This document shows, piece after piece, positions 9,313-18,313 of a stretch of DNA of 64,000 nucleotides. Each line of letters opens with the position of its first letter. Positions within the stretch are counted from its first letter, which is position 1. The position numbers and the translations under genes are program-made. Under the pieces are notes generated by a model that was given only the letters and a program-made list of their open reading frames with translations, was not told where the DNA came from and did no database searches. Source of the stretch: Arcobacteraceae bacterium (GTDB lineage Bacteria > Campylobacterota > Campylobacteria > Campylobacterales > Arcobacteraceae); the NCBI GenBank assembly GCA_048268245.1, contig JBLWVX010000006.1, forward strand, positions 32,001 to 96,000, written 5' to 3'.

Positions 9313-11407
9313 TTTCTTTTAACTCCTTTTCAAAAATTTCATCGTCACATTTTGGACAATATTCATGTTCACCATTTATATACCCATGTTTATTACAAAC
9401 TGAAAATACAGGAGTAACTGTAATATATGGCAATCTAAAGTTTGTAATTACACTTTTAATAAATTTCCTACAAGCTTCAGTTGAAGAGATTTTTTCTCTC
9501 ATGTATAAATGAAGTACTGTACCACCTGTATATTTACATTGAAGTTCATCCTGTAACTCTAAGGCTTCATAAGGATCATCAGTAAAATCAACAGGTAATT
9601 GAGATGAATTTGTATAGTAGACATTTTTTCCTATACCTGCTTGAATAATATCTTTATATCTTTTTTTATCTTCCTTAGCAAATCTATACGTAGTACCCTC
9701 AGCAGGTGTTGCTTCAAGGTTATATAAATTTCCTGTTTCTTCTTGGTAAGCAACAATTTTTTTTCTCATAAAGTCTAGTATCTCTATACAAAAAGCATTT
9801 CCAAGCTCTGAAGATAAATCTGTTTCATTATCAAAATAGTTTTTTACCATTTCATTCATACCATTTATTCCTATGGTTGAGAAGTGATTATTAAAACCTT
9901 TTAAGTACCTTTGTGTATAAGGGAATAAACCTCTTTCATATAAGTCTTGTATAAAAACTCTTTTTTTCTCTAGGGTTGCTTTTGATAAATCCATTAATTC
10001 TTCTAATCTATTGATTAAAGCATTAATATCATTTTTATATAAATATCCTAACCTTGCCATATTGATAGTTACTACACCAATGCTTCCTGTCATCTCAGCA
10101 CTTCCAAATAGTCCTCCCCCACGTTTGAGTAGTTCTCTTAAGTCAAGTTGTAATCTACAACACATAGATCTTACATGACCTGGTTTATAAGCATTTTCAT
10201 TTTCTATTAAATTACCATTTTCATCTTTTGTGTATTGACTACCAATGAAATTTTGAAAATATGAAGAACCAATTTTTGCACTATTTTCAAAAAGTAGATC
10301 TGTATTTTCTCCATACCAGTCAAAATCTTCTGTAATATTTACTGTAGGTATTGGAAAAGTGAAAGGTTGTCCTGTTTTATCACCCTCTGTCATTACTTCG
10401 TAATATGCCTTGTTAATCATATTCATTTCTTTTTGAAAATCTTTATATGTTAACTCTTCAAAACATAAGTATCCTTTTTGTTTTACTGTATTAAGTAAAT
10501 CAGAATCATTTAGGTTTTTAAATAAGTGGTTTTGATTTCTTGTTGGAATTTGATCTTTTAAATCACCTGGAACAACCCAATCTATAGTAATATTTGTAAA
10601 AGGACTTTGTCCCCAACGTGCGGGAACATTTAAATTATAGATAAAACTTCTTATGTGTTTTTTTACTTCACTAAATTCAAGTTTGTCTTTAAAGACATAA
10701 GGAGCTAAATATGTATCAAATGAAGAAAAGGCTTGTGCTCCAGCCCATTCACTTTGAAGTATTCCTAAAAAGTTTGCCATTTGTCCTAAAGCTTCTCTAA
10801 AATGATTTGGAGCAGTACTTTCAACCCTTCCTCTAACACCATTAAAACCTTCATCAAGTAAAGCTCTTAAACTCCATCCCGCACAATATCCACTAAGACA
10901 ATCTAAGTCATGAATATGATAATCCGCATTTCTATGGGCATATCCTTCTTCTTTAGAGTAAATTTTGTCTAACCAGTAGTTAGCAATTACTTTACCAGCA
11001 CTATTATTAATAAGTCCAGCATGGGAATATCCAGTGTTTGAATTGGCATTAATTCTCCAATCTGTTCCATCAATATATTCTTGAATAGTCTGAGTTGAAT
11101 TTATATATGTAGTATCTTTATCAAGTTGTAAAACTTGTTCCCTTTGTATTTTATGTAGATGTCTATATAACATAAAAGACTTCATTACTTCAAAATATCT
11201 AGCTTTATACAACTCTTTTTCTATAATATCTTGGACATCTTCTACTGTTATAACTCTTTTTTCATTTATTAAATCCAGGATATTAAAAAAAATAGCTTGA
11301 TCATACTTTGTATTTACACTTTTAAATGCTTTTTTTATTACATCTTCTATCTTAAATGACTCAAATTTTTCTTTTTTCCCATCTCGTTTTAAAATTTCTT
11401 CTATCAT
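9290..11407 (-). CDS. nrdD: Anaerobic (class III) ribonucleoside-triphosphate reductase, catalytic barrel without glycyl-radical C-terminus
   Basis: N-terminal ATP cone (KRDG), GYCAGW, SMCCRL, EATPAE, YTGGT, C-terminal CxxH...CxxC zinc site. Confidence 0.93.
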   Translation of the reverse strand: MIEEILKRDGKKEKFESFKIEDVIKKAFKSVNTKYDQAIFFNILDLINEKRVITVEDVQDIIEKELYKARYFEVMKSFMLYRHLHKIQREQVLQLDKDTTYINSTQTIQEYIDGTDWRINANSNTGYSHAGLINNSAGKVIANYWLDKIYSKEEGYAHRNADYHIHDLDCLSGYCAGWSLRALLDEGFNGVRGRVESTAPNHFREALGQMANFLGILQSEWAGAQAFSSFDTYLAPYVFKDKLEFSEVKKHIRSFIYNLNVPARWGQSPFTNITIDWVVPGDLKDQIPTRNQNHLFKNLNDSDLLNTVKQKGYLCFEELTYKDFQKEMNMINKAYYEVMTEGDKTGQPFTFPIPTVNITEDFDWYGENTDLLFENSAKIGSSYFQNFIGSQYTKDENGNLIENENAYKPGHVRSMCCRLQLDLRELLKRGGGLFGSAEMTGSIGVVTINMARLGYLYKNDINALINRLEELMDLSKATLEKKRVFIQDLYERGLFPYTQRYLKGFNNHFSTIGINGMNEMVKNYFDNETDLSSELGNAFCIEILDFMRKKIVAYQEETGNLYNLEATPAEGTTYRFAKEDKKRYKDIIQAGIGKNVYYTNSSQLPVDFTDDPYEALELQDELQCKYTGGTVLHLYMREKISSTEACRKFIKSVITNFRLPYITVTPVFSVCNKHGYINGEHEYCPKCDDEIFEKELKENAKTRGA

Positions 11408-11607
11408 GTATCGTTCCTTGAAAATATTTGTTATTTTAAGGGATAATCTCTTAATTTGATATTATCAAAAAAGTCACAAAAGTGTCATTTTTAGGTGCTT
11501 TGAACTATTTAAAATATTCATAAATTAATATCTTTATTAAATTTAAGTTAATAATAATCCATAATTAAATAAAATGTTCCTTTTTATTAATTTACAGAGG
11601 AATTATT

Positions 11608-12534
11608 ATGAGACATTTCTTAACATTAGCAGACTATTCGAAAAAAGAGATTTTAGAAATTCTAGATTTAGCAAAACAAATCAAGGAAGAGACTAAAAGA
11701 AGAGAATTTAAAGACTATATGCCAAAACAAACTTTAGGTATGATTTTTGAAAAAAGTTCTACAAGAACTAGAGTTTCTTTTGAAACAGGAATCTACCAAT
11801 TAGGTGGTGTAGGATTATTTCTTTCATCAAATGATATTCAATTAGGTAGAGGTGAGCCAATGAGCGACACTTCAAGAGTAATATCTAGAATGGTTGATAT
11901 GGTAATGATTAGAACTTTTGAACAAAGTAAACTTGATGAGTTTGCAAAATATTCTAAAGTTCCTGTAATAAATGGACTTACAAATGAGTATCACCCTGTG
12001 CAACTTATGGCTGATTATATGACTATTCAAGAAGCAGGTCTTGATGAAAACTTAGTTGTTGCATATGTAGGTGATGGAAACAACTTAGCACACTCTTGGC
12101 TTAACTTAGCAGGAAAACTTGGTTTTGAACTTAGAATTGCAACACCAAAAGGTTATGAAGTAGATGAAAAGATTTTAGAAGAAGCATTAGAATTTGCAAA
12201 AGAATCAGGTGCAAAGATTACTATTGGTAATGATCCAAAAGAAGCATGTAAAGATGCGACAGTAATAACAACTGATACTTGGGTTTCTATGGGACAAGAG
12301 TCAGAGAAAGAGCAAAGAGTAAAAGAGTTTGATGGATACATTGTAGATGAAGCAATGATGCAATTAGGAGCTTCAAATGCAATTTTCTTACATTGTTTAC
12401 CAGCATACAGAGGTTATGAAGTAAGTGAAGAAGTTATTGAAGGTGATAGAAGTTTAGTTTTTGAAGAAGCTGAAAACAGATTACATGCTCAAAAAGGTGT
12501 AATGGTTTGGTTAGATAAACAAAGAAATGCCTAA
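11608..12534 (+). CDS. argF: Ornithine carbamoyltransferase
   Basis: STRTR, HPVQ and HCLP motifs. Confidence 0.97.
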   Translation: MRHFLTLADYSKKEILEILDLAKQIKEETKRREFKDYMPKQTLGMIFEKSSTRTRVSFETGIYQLGGVGLFLSSNDIQLGRGEPMSDTSRVISRMVDMVMIRTFEQSKLDEFAKYSKVPVINGLTNEYHPVQLMADYMTIQEAGLDENLVVAYVGDGNNLAHSWLNLAGKLGFELRIATPKGYEVDEKILEEALEFAKESGAKITIGNDPKEACKDATVITTDTWVSMGQESEKEQRVKEFDGYIVDEAMMQLGASNAIFLHCLPAYRGYEVSEEVIEGDRSLVFEEAENRLHAQKGVMVWLDKQRNA

Positions 12535-13901
12535 TGATAGATTTTAGCAAATTTAAAAAGTATTCAAGACCTGGACCTAGATATACTTCATATCCTACGG
12601 CTCCTGAGTTTAGTGAGCAGTTTACACAAGATGATTTAAAAGAGTATTATTCTAATCAAAGTGATGAAAGAGCACTATCTTTATATATACATATGCCATT
12701 TTGTAGAAGTGCTTGTTATTTTTGTGGATGTAATACTATTTTTACATCTAAAGAGGATAAAAAAGTAAGATATATTCAGTACTTAAAAAAAGAACTTAAT
12801 ATCTTAAAGAATCACCTAAATACTAAAAGAGAAGTAACTCAAATGCACTTTGGAGGAGGAACTCCTACTTTTTTCTCTCCTTCTCAACTTGAAGAAGTAA
12901 TAAAAGCAGTAAAAGAGGTATTTCCAAATTTTTCAGTTGATGCAGAAGTTTCTTGTGAAGTGGATCCAAGATTTTTTACACAAGAGCACATGGATGTACT
13001 AAAAGCTGGTGGGTGTAATAGATTAAGTTTTGGAGTACAAGACTTAGATGAAACTGTTCAAAAAACGATTCATAGAATTCAACCTTTTGAATTAACACAA
13101 AATGTAATTAAAATTGCAAGAGAAGCTGGAATTCATTCTGTTAATACAGATTTAATTTATGGGCTTCCTCATCAAACAAGAAAAAGCTTTAAGAAAACTT
13201 TAGAAAAGATGATTACTTTAGATACTGATAGATTTGCAGTATTTAATTATGCACATGTTCCTTGGCTTATGAAAACTATGAGAAAGTTTGATGAAACAAC
13301 TTTCCCTCAACCTGAAGAAAAACTTGAAATGTTAAAAGATACAATTGATTTCTTTACATCAAATGGTTATAAAATGGTTGGTATGGATCACTTCGCAAAA
13401 CCTGAAGATGAACTATTTAAAGCTATTGAAAAAGGTGAATTACATAGAAATTTCCAAGGATATACAACAAAAGGTGGAGCTGATTTAATTGGAATTGGAT
13501 TAACATCTATTGGAAATGGAGTTGATTACTACTCTCAGAACTTTAAAGATATTCCATCTTATGAACAAGCTTTAGATAATGGTGATTTACCTGTATTTAA
13601 AGGTTATAGATTATCAGATGATGATCAATTAAGACAATTCGTAATTATGGAGCTTATGAGTAATTTCTCTTTAAATATCAAAAGAGTCGAAGAAGAGTTC
13701 AATGTTAATTTTAATGAGTATTTTAGTGATGCAATTGAAGCTTTACAAGAGTTTGTTCAAGCACAGCTTGTAGAAATCACTGATGAAAAAATTCAAGTAA
13801 GCCAAACAGGAACAATGTTAATTAGAAATATTTGTATGCCTTTTGATGCTTATTTAAATAAAATACCAGAAGATAAAAGAAGATTCTCAAAAACTATTTA
13901 G
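12534..13901 (+). CDS. hemN: Oxygen-independent coproporphyrinogen III oxidase
   Basis: GPRYTSYP, CRSACYFC, GGGTP and RNFQGY motifs. Confidence 0.97.
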   Translation: MIDFSKFKKYSRPGPRYTSYPTAPEFSEQFTQDDLKEYYSNQSDERALSLYIHMPFCRSACYFCGCNTIFTSKEDKKVRYIQYLKKELNILKNHLNTKREVTQMHFGGGTPTFFSPSQLEEVIKAVKEVFPNFSVDAEVSCEVDPRFFTQEHMDVLKAGGCNRLSFGVQDLDETVQKTIHRIQPFELTQNVIKIAREAGIHSVNTDLIYGLPHQTRKSFKKTLEKMITLDTDRFAVFNYAHVPWLMKTMRKFDETTFPQPEEKLEMLKDTIDFFTSNGYKMVGMDHFAKPEDELFKAIEKGELHRNFQGYTTKGGADLIGIGLTSIGNGVDYYSQNFKDIPSYEQALDNGDLPVFKGYRLSDDDQLRQFVIMELMSNFSLNIKRVEEEFNVNFNEYFSDAIEALQEFVQAQLVEITDEKIQVSQTGTMLIRNICMPFDAYLNKIPEDKRRFSKTI

Positions 13902-13909
13902 TTTTTGAA

Positions 13910-14650
13910 TCACTCATAAGGGTAGTCTGTAAAGACTCCCTTAACTCCTATTTTAAATAATTCATCTATAATTTTTTTATCATTTACTGTATAAACTAAA
14001 GTTTCAATCCCTTCTTTTCTTAGTTCTATAATAAGTTCTTCTTTTACTAACTCTTTATTTATATTATATGTTTGGGCATTTAAGTCTTTTAGATATGAAA
14101 GAATATTTTTTCTTTTTATATCTTCATCAAGTACAGCAATTGCATATTTTTTATTATACTTATTGATAAGTTTTAAATATTTGTGATTAAAAGATGAAAA
14201 AAGTACATATTTAGTACAATTATATTTCTCAATAAGATTTATTATAATATCAATTGCTTCATTTTTATTAGTATTTTTTGACATTTGTTTTATTTCTAGA
14301 TTAAAATAAATTTCTTTTTTTTTAGCAATTCCTAAAAACTCTTCAAGCGTTGAGATGTTAGTGCCTTTAATATCTAGTTTTTCTATTTCATTGTAATTGA
14401 AATCTTTTATATACCAAGGCTTTAAATCTTTATAATTTTGATACATGTGTATATCAGACATTCTTTCTAATGTTTCGTCATGATGAATAATTGGCGTATA
14501 ATCTTTAGTAAATTGAATATCAAGTTCAATAAAATCACTATTTTTAGAAGAGTTTATTAGTGCTTCTAATGAGTTTTCAACATAAAAGTTTCGGAAGCCT
14601 CTATGAGCAATTATTAAATTTTTATTTTTAAAGTTTTCTAAAAAGTTCAT
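13910..14650 (-). CDS. Glycerophosphodiester phosphodiesterase family protein
   Basis: IAHRG, EN, ELD, HHD, YTVN and TDYP motifs. Confidence 0.9.
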   Translation of the reverse strand: MNFLENFKNKNLIIAHRGFRNFYVENSLEALINSSKNSDFIELDIQFTKDYTPIIHHDETLERMSDIHMYQNYKDLKPWYIKDFNYNEIEKLDIKGTNISTLEEFLGIAKKKEIYFNLEIKQMSKNTNKNEAIDIIINLIEKYNCTKYVLFSSFNHKYLKLINKYNKKYAIAVLDEDIKRKNILSYLKDLNAQTYNINKELVKEELIIELRKEGIETLVYTVNDKKIIDELFKIGVKGVFTDYPYE

Positions 14651-14864
14651 GTAAAACTCCTAATATTTCTTATTTAGATTATCAAATATATAGTTAATTT
14701 TTTATGAGAATTATCAAAATTTTAGTTAAAAAAACACACTTCAATAAAGTATTATAAATGCGACGTTGGCGCTACTATTTATGTACTCTTAACACTATTT
14801 ATTGTATATTGCAAAGCTTATTATATTAAATATTATAAATTTTAAATCAAATAAGGTAATAGAA

Positions 14865-16166
14865 GTGTCAAAAATTAATAAATTTAATTATAACGCAATC
14901 GCAGACGATTGTGTTAAATGTGGTAAATGTAAACCTGTTTGTACTATTTTTAATATTAACCAAGATGAAACAACAAGTCCAAGAGGATTTATTGATTTAT
15001 TAGGTGCATATGAAGATGGTAATTTAGAACTTGATCAAAATGCAAAAGATATTTTTGAATCATGTTTTTTATGTACAAACTGTGTTGAGGCCTGTCCTAA
15101 TGATTTACCTACGGATATGGTGATTGAACAAGTAAGAAGTGATATTGCGAAAAAGTATGGTATTGCATGGTATAAAAGATTTTTCTTTTATCTTTTAAGA
15201 CATAGAAAAACAATGGACTTATTATCATCTTTAGGATGGATGTTCCAAACATGTGCTTTAAAAATAGATAAAGCAAAGCAGTCTGCACTTCCTAGATTCT
15301 CACTTCCAATCGTAAAGAAAGATAGAGCTTTACCTTTTGCAGATATGAGAAGTTTTTTGAGAAAATATCCAGAGAATATTTTTGCAAAGCATAAAAAACA
15401 AGAAGATAACAAAAAAGGAAAAGTTGCAATCTTTATTGGATGTATGAGTAACTATACTTATACAAATACAGGTGATTCTTTAGTTAAAATTTTAAAGAAA
15501 CTCGAACTTGATATATTTATACCAAAAAAACAAAAGTGTTGTGGTGCCCCTGCTTATTTTACAGGAGCCTTTGATACAGTTGATTATTTAACTAAATATA
15601 ATATTGAGTATTTTGAATCATGGATTGATGAAGTAGATGCTATTATTATCCCAGAAGCTACGTGTTCTGCTATGATTAATCAAGATTGGGAACATTATTT
15701 ACATGACCAACCTGAATGGAAAGCAAGAGCACAAAAAATATCTAAAAAAGTATTTATGGCTACTAAGTGGTTAGAAAACAATACAGAACTTAAATATATG
15801 CTTGCTAAATCTGACAAAAAAATGGAAGATGTTGTAACTTATCATGATCCTTGTCATGCTAAAAAAATGCAAGGTGTTTGGCAAGAACCAAGAACACTAT
15901 TAAAGCAAAATTATGTTTTAACTGAAATGAGTGATTCTAATAGATGTTGTGGATTTGGTGGAGTTACTATGCAAACTGAAAAGTATGAGTTTGCAAAAGC
16001 AGCAGGTGCTCCAAAAGCAGCAATGATTAAAGACACAAAAGCCAAAATAGTAAGTGCTGAATGTAGTGCATGTAGAATGCAAATAACAAACTCTTTACAT
16101 CAAGCAGATGTACAAGAAGTAGTATTTAAAAACCCTATTGAATTAATAGCTGAGGCATTGGACTAA
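14865..16166 (+). CDS. Fe-S oxidoreductase (GlcF-like; two 4Fe-4S motifs plus CCG domains); GTG start preferred over 14802
   Basis: CVKCGKCKPVC, CFLCTNCVEAC, CCG, YHDPCH and CSAC motifs; AAGG upstream of the GTG. Confidence 0.88.
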   Translation: MSKINKFNYNAIADDCVKCGKCKPVCTIFNINQDETTSPRGFIDLLGAYEDGNLELDQNAKDIFESCFLCTNCVEACPNDLPTDMVIEQVRSDIAKKYGIAWYKRFFFYLLRHRKTMDLLSSLGWMFQTCALKIDKAKQSALPRFSLPIVKKDRALPFADMRSFLRKYPENIFAKHKKQEDNKKGKVAIFIGCMSNYTYTNTGDSLVKILKKLELDIFIPKKQKCCGAPAYFTGAFDTVDYLTKYNIEYFESWIDEVDAIIIPEATCSAMINQDWEHYLHDQPEWKARAQKISKKVFMATKWLENNTELKYMLAKSDKKMEDVVTYHDPCHAKKMQGVWQEPRTLLKQNYVLTEMSDSNRCCGFGGVTMQTEKYEFAKAAGAPKAAMIKDTKAKIVSAECSACRMQITNSLHQADVQEVVFKNPIELIAEALD

Positions 16167-16168
16167 TA

Positions 16169-16990
16169 ATGCAAGAATGGCAAAATATCTACTCAAATTT
16201 TGATCCCATAGCATTTAATGTTGCGGGAATTTCTGTACACTGGTATGGAATAATGTATGCTCTTGCCCTACTTTCAGCTATTTTTGTAGCTAAGTGGTTT
16301 ATAAAAAAAGATAAACTTCCAATTTCAAATGATCTTTTTGATTCATATATTTGGTGGGTAGAAATAGGTGTTATTTTAGGAGCAAGATTAGGATACATTC
16401 TATTTTATGATCCTAATACTTCATATTACTTAACTAACCCATGGCAAATATTTAATCCTTTTACTAATGGAGAATTTGTTGGAATTGCTGGTATGAGTTA
16501 TCATGGAGCATTTATAGGATTTATTATTGCTTCATATTTATTTACAAGAAGAAATAAAGTTTCTTTTTGGTTTTTAGCTGATATTTCAGTTTTAGGTATC
16601 TCTGCAGCTTATGTTTTTGGAAGAATCGGAAACTTTGTAAATCAAGAATTAGTAGGAAGAGTTACTGATGTTTCTTGGGGTATTTATGTTGATGGCGTTT
16701 TAAGACATCCTTCTCAATTATATGAGGCATTTTTAGAGGGAATTGTTGTATTTGCTATTTTAGTTTATTTTAGAAAAAGAAAAACATTTGATGGACAATT
16801 AGCACTAATGTATGGAATTCTTTATTCTATTATGAGAATAATAGCAGAACTTTATAGACAACCAGATATTCAATTAGGCTTCATCTATAGCAATTGGCTT
16901 ACTATGGGGATGCTTATTTCAGGGTTATTTACACTGATTTGTATAGTTATTTATGTAGTTTTAAAAAGAGACAATTTAAGTATTAAATAA
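16169..16990 (+). CDS. lgt: Prolipoprotein diacylglyceryl transferase
   Basis: HWYG, GARLGY, GMSYHG, GRIGNF and HPSQLYE motifs. Confidence 0.97.
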   Translation: MQEWQNIYSNFDPIAFNVAGISVHWYGIMYALALLSAIFVAKWFIKKDKLPISNDLFDSYIWWVEIGVILGARLGYILFYDPNTSYYLTNPWQIFNPFTNGEFVGIAGMSYHGAFIGFIIASYLFTRRNKVSFWFLADISVLGISAAYVFGRIGNFVNQELVGRVTDVSWGIYVDGVLRHPSQLYEAFLEGIVVFAILVYFRKRKTFDGQLALMYGILYSIMRIIAELYRQPDIQLGFIYSNWLTMGMLISGLFTLICIVIYVVLKRDNLSIK

Positions 16991-17008
16991 AAATAGAAGA
17001 GAATAGTT

Positions 17009-17272
17009 TTAACTATTCTCTTCTATATAACCGCTTTCTATAGCTAGCTCATCTATTTTCTTCTTTAATAAATCCAATCTCCATCCATGTCTATTAGCAA
17101 AATTTTCTATTTCAGCTTCTCTTTGTTCTGGTGTACAAAATACAAATATTCTTTTTAAGAATGGTTTTGGAATTTGTATAGCTATTAATTGAAAATAGTT
17201 CTCTTTACAGCTTCTTGAACAAAAAGCTTTGCTCATAGCAATTTTCTTTTTGCAGTATGGACAATGCGACAT
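17009..17272 (-). CDS. Small Zn-ribbon protein (DUF2116-like)
   Basis: HCPYC...FCSRSC motif. Confidence 0.7.
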   Translation of the reverse strand: MSHCPYCKKKIAMSKAFCSRSCKENYFQLIAIQIPKPFLKRIFVFCTPEQREAEIENFANRHGWRLDLLKKKIDELAIESGYIEENS

Positions 17273-17469
17273 TATTTATTACCTTTTTGAATTAATTTGT
17301 AGAACTTTGCCTTGGTGACATCTTGTAAGAATTTGGGGTCAACTTCATGTAAAGCTATAATATCCACTTCCTTATCTTCCATAAGCCAGCCTTTTCCTGT
17401 ATCTTTAATGGTTTCTTCCTCGAAAAGTTTAATTAACTCTTCTTTCGATACTATAAGTTCTTCATGCAT
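17272..17469 (-). CDS. Hypothetical protein
   Basis: 65 aa, stop/start overlap with the downstream gene. Confidence 0.65.
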   Translation of the reverse strand: MHEELIVSKEELIKLFEEETIKDTGKGWLMEDKEVDIIALHEVDPKFLQDVTKAKFYKLIQKGNK

Positions 17470-17507
17470 ATTATAACTTTTTTATTAACGTTTGTAAATA
17501 GATAATC

Positions 17508-18209
17508 TTATTTTTTAAGATTATCTATAGTATAACCTTTGTTAGAATGATTTTTTACTATTTCATAATAAGTTTTTTGTCTAACTTTATTTACAATATT
17601 TCTCATAGTGTAAATAGACATATCTTTACCTTTCCAAACAACCTCTTTAATCATATCATAATCAACGATTTCGTTTCTTTTTGCAATTAAAAGTTTTAAG
17701 AAAGATTTTTCAAGTCTAGTAAATTCAATTAGAACTCCACCAGCTTTAAAGAATTGGTCTCTGTATTCATCAAAATAAATACCATGATCAAATTCTATTT
17801 TATCCCCTCTTTTTGTTTGGTTAAGACACATAATAACTGCAAGTTTAATATCTTTAGCTCTTAAAGGCTTAGATAAAAAAGTATATGCACCATTATTTAT
17901 AGCTGTAACTATGTTTTCATTTTCATCAGAATCTGAAATTACAATCTTTGGTAAAGTAGGTGCAACTTCTGATAACTCAGTACAAAGTTCAGAGAAAGAT
18001 ACACCTTCAATATTAGTATCAACAACAGCCATATCATAAGTACTTGAAGTAGCTAACTTTATAGCATCAACTAAATTTTTTGCAATTTTCAATTCTTTGA
18101 AATATTCATCAAATTCATTTTCTATAGTCTGATGTACATTTTCATCAGCACTAATAAAAAGTAACTTAGCGTTGTATAGTTTTCTTATATTTCTTACTGT
18201 CTTTAACAT
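17508..18209 (-). CDS. OmpR-like response regulator with atypical receiver
   Basis: REC-like domain (VVDTN, SKP) and winged-helix C-terminus (KGY). Confidence 0.8.
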   Translation of the reverse strand: MLKTVRNIRKLYNAKLLFISADENVHQTIENEFDEYFKELKIAKNLVDAIKLATSSTYDMAVVDTNIEGVSFSELCTELSEVAPTLPKIVISDSDENENIVTAINNGAYTFLSKPLRAKDIKLAVIMCLNQTKRGDKIEFDHGIYFDEYRDQFFKAGGVLIEFTRLEKSFLKLLIAKRNEIVDYDMIKEVVWKGKDMSIYTMRNIVNKVRQKTYYEIVKNHSNKGYTIDNLKK

Positions 18210-18313
18210 GTTATTACTCTTTATGTATTAATTTTCAACATAATAATAACAAATATTTCTTTATATGTCAAAATAAAAGTTATAAAATGTGTTAAATTAA
18301 GTAAGAATTAAGA

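Noticed and set aside
11456..11468. FNR-like TTGAT...ATCAA upstream of nrdD
   Set aside because: The spacer is 3 nt rather than the canonical 4, so it is not called an FNR box
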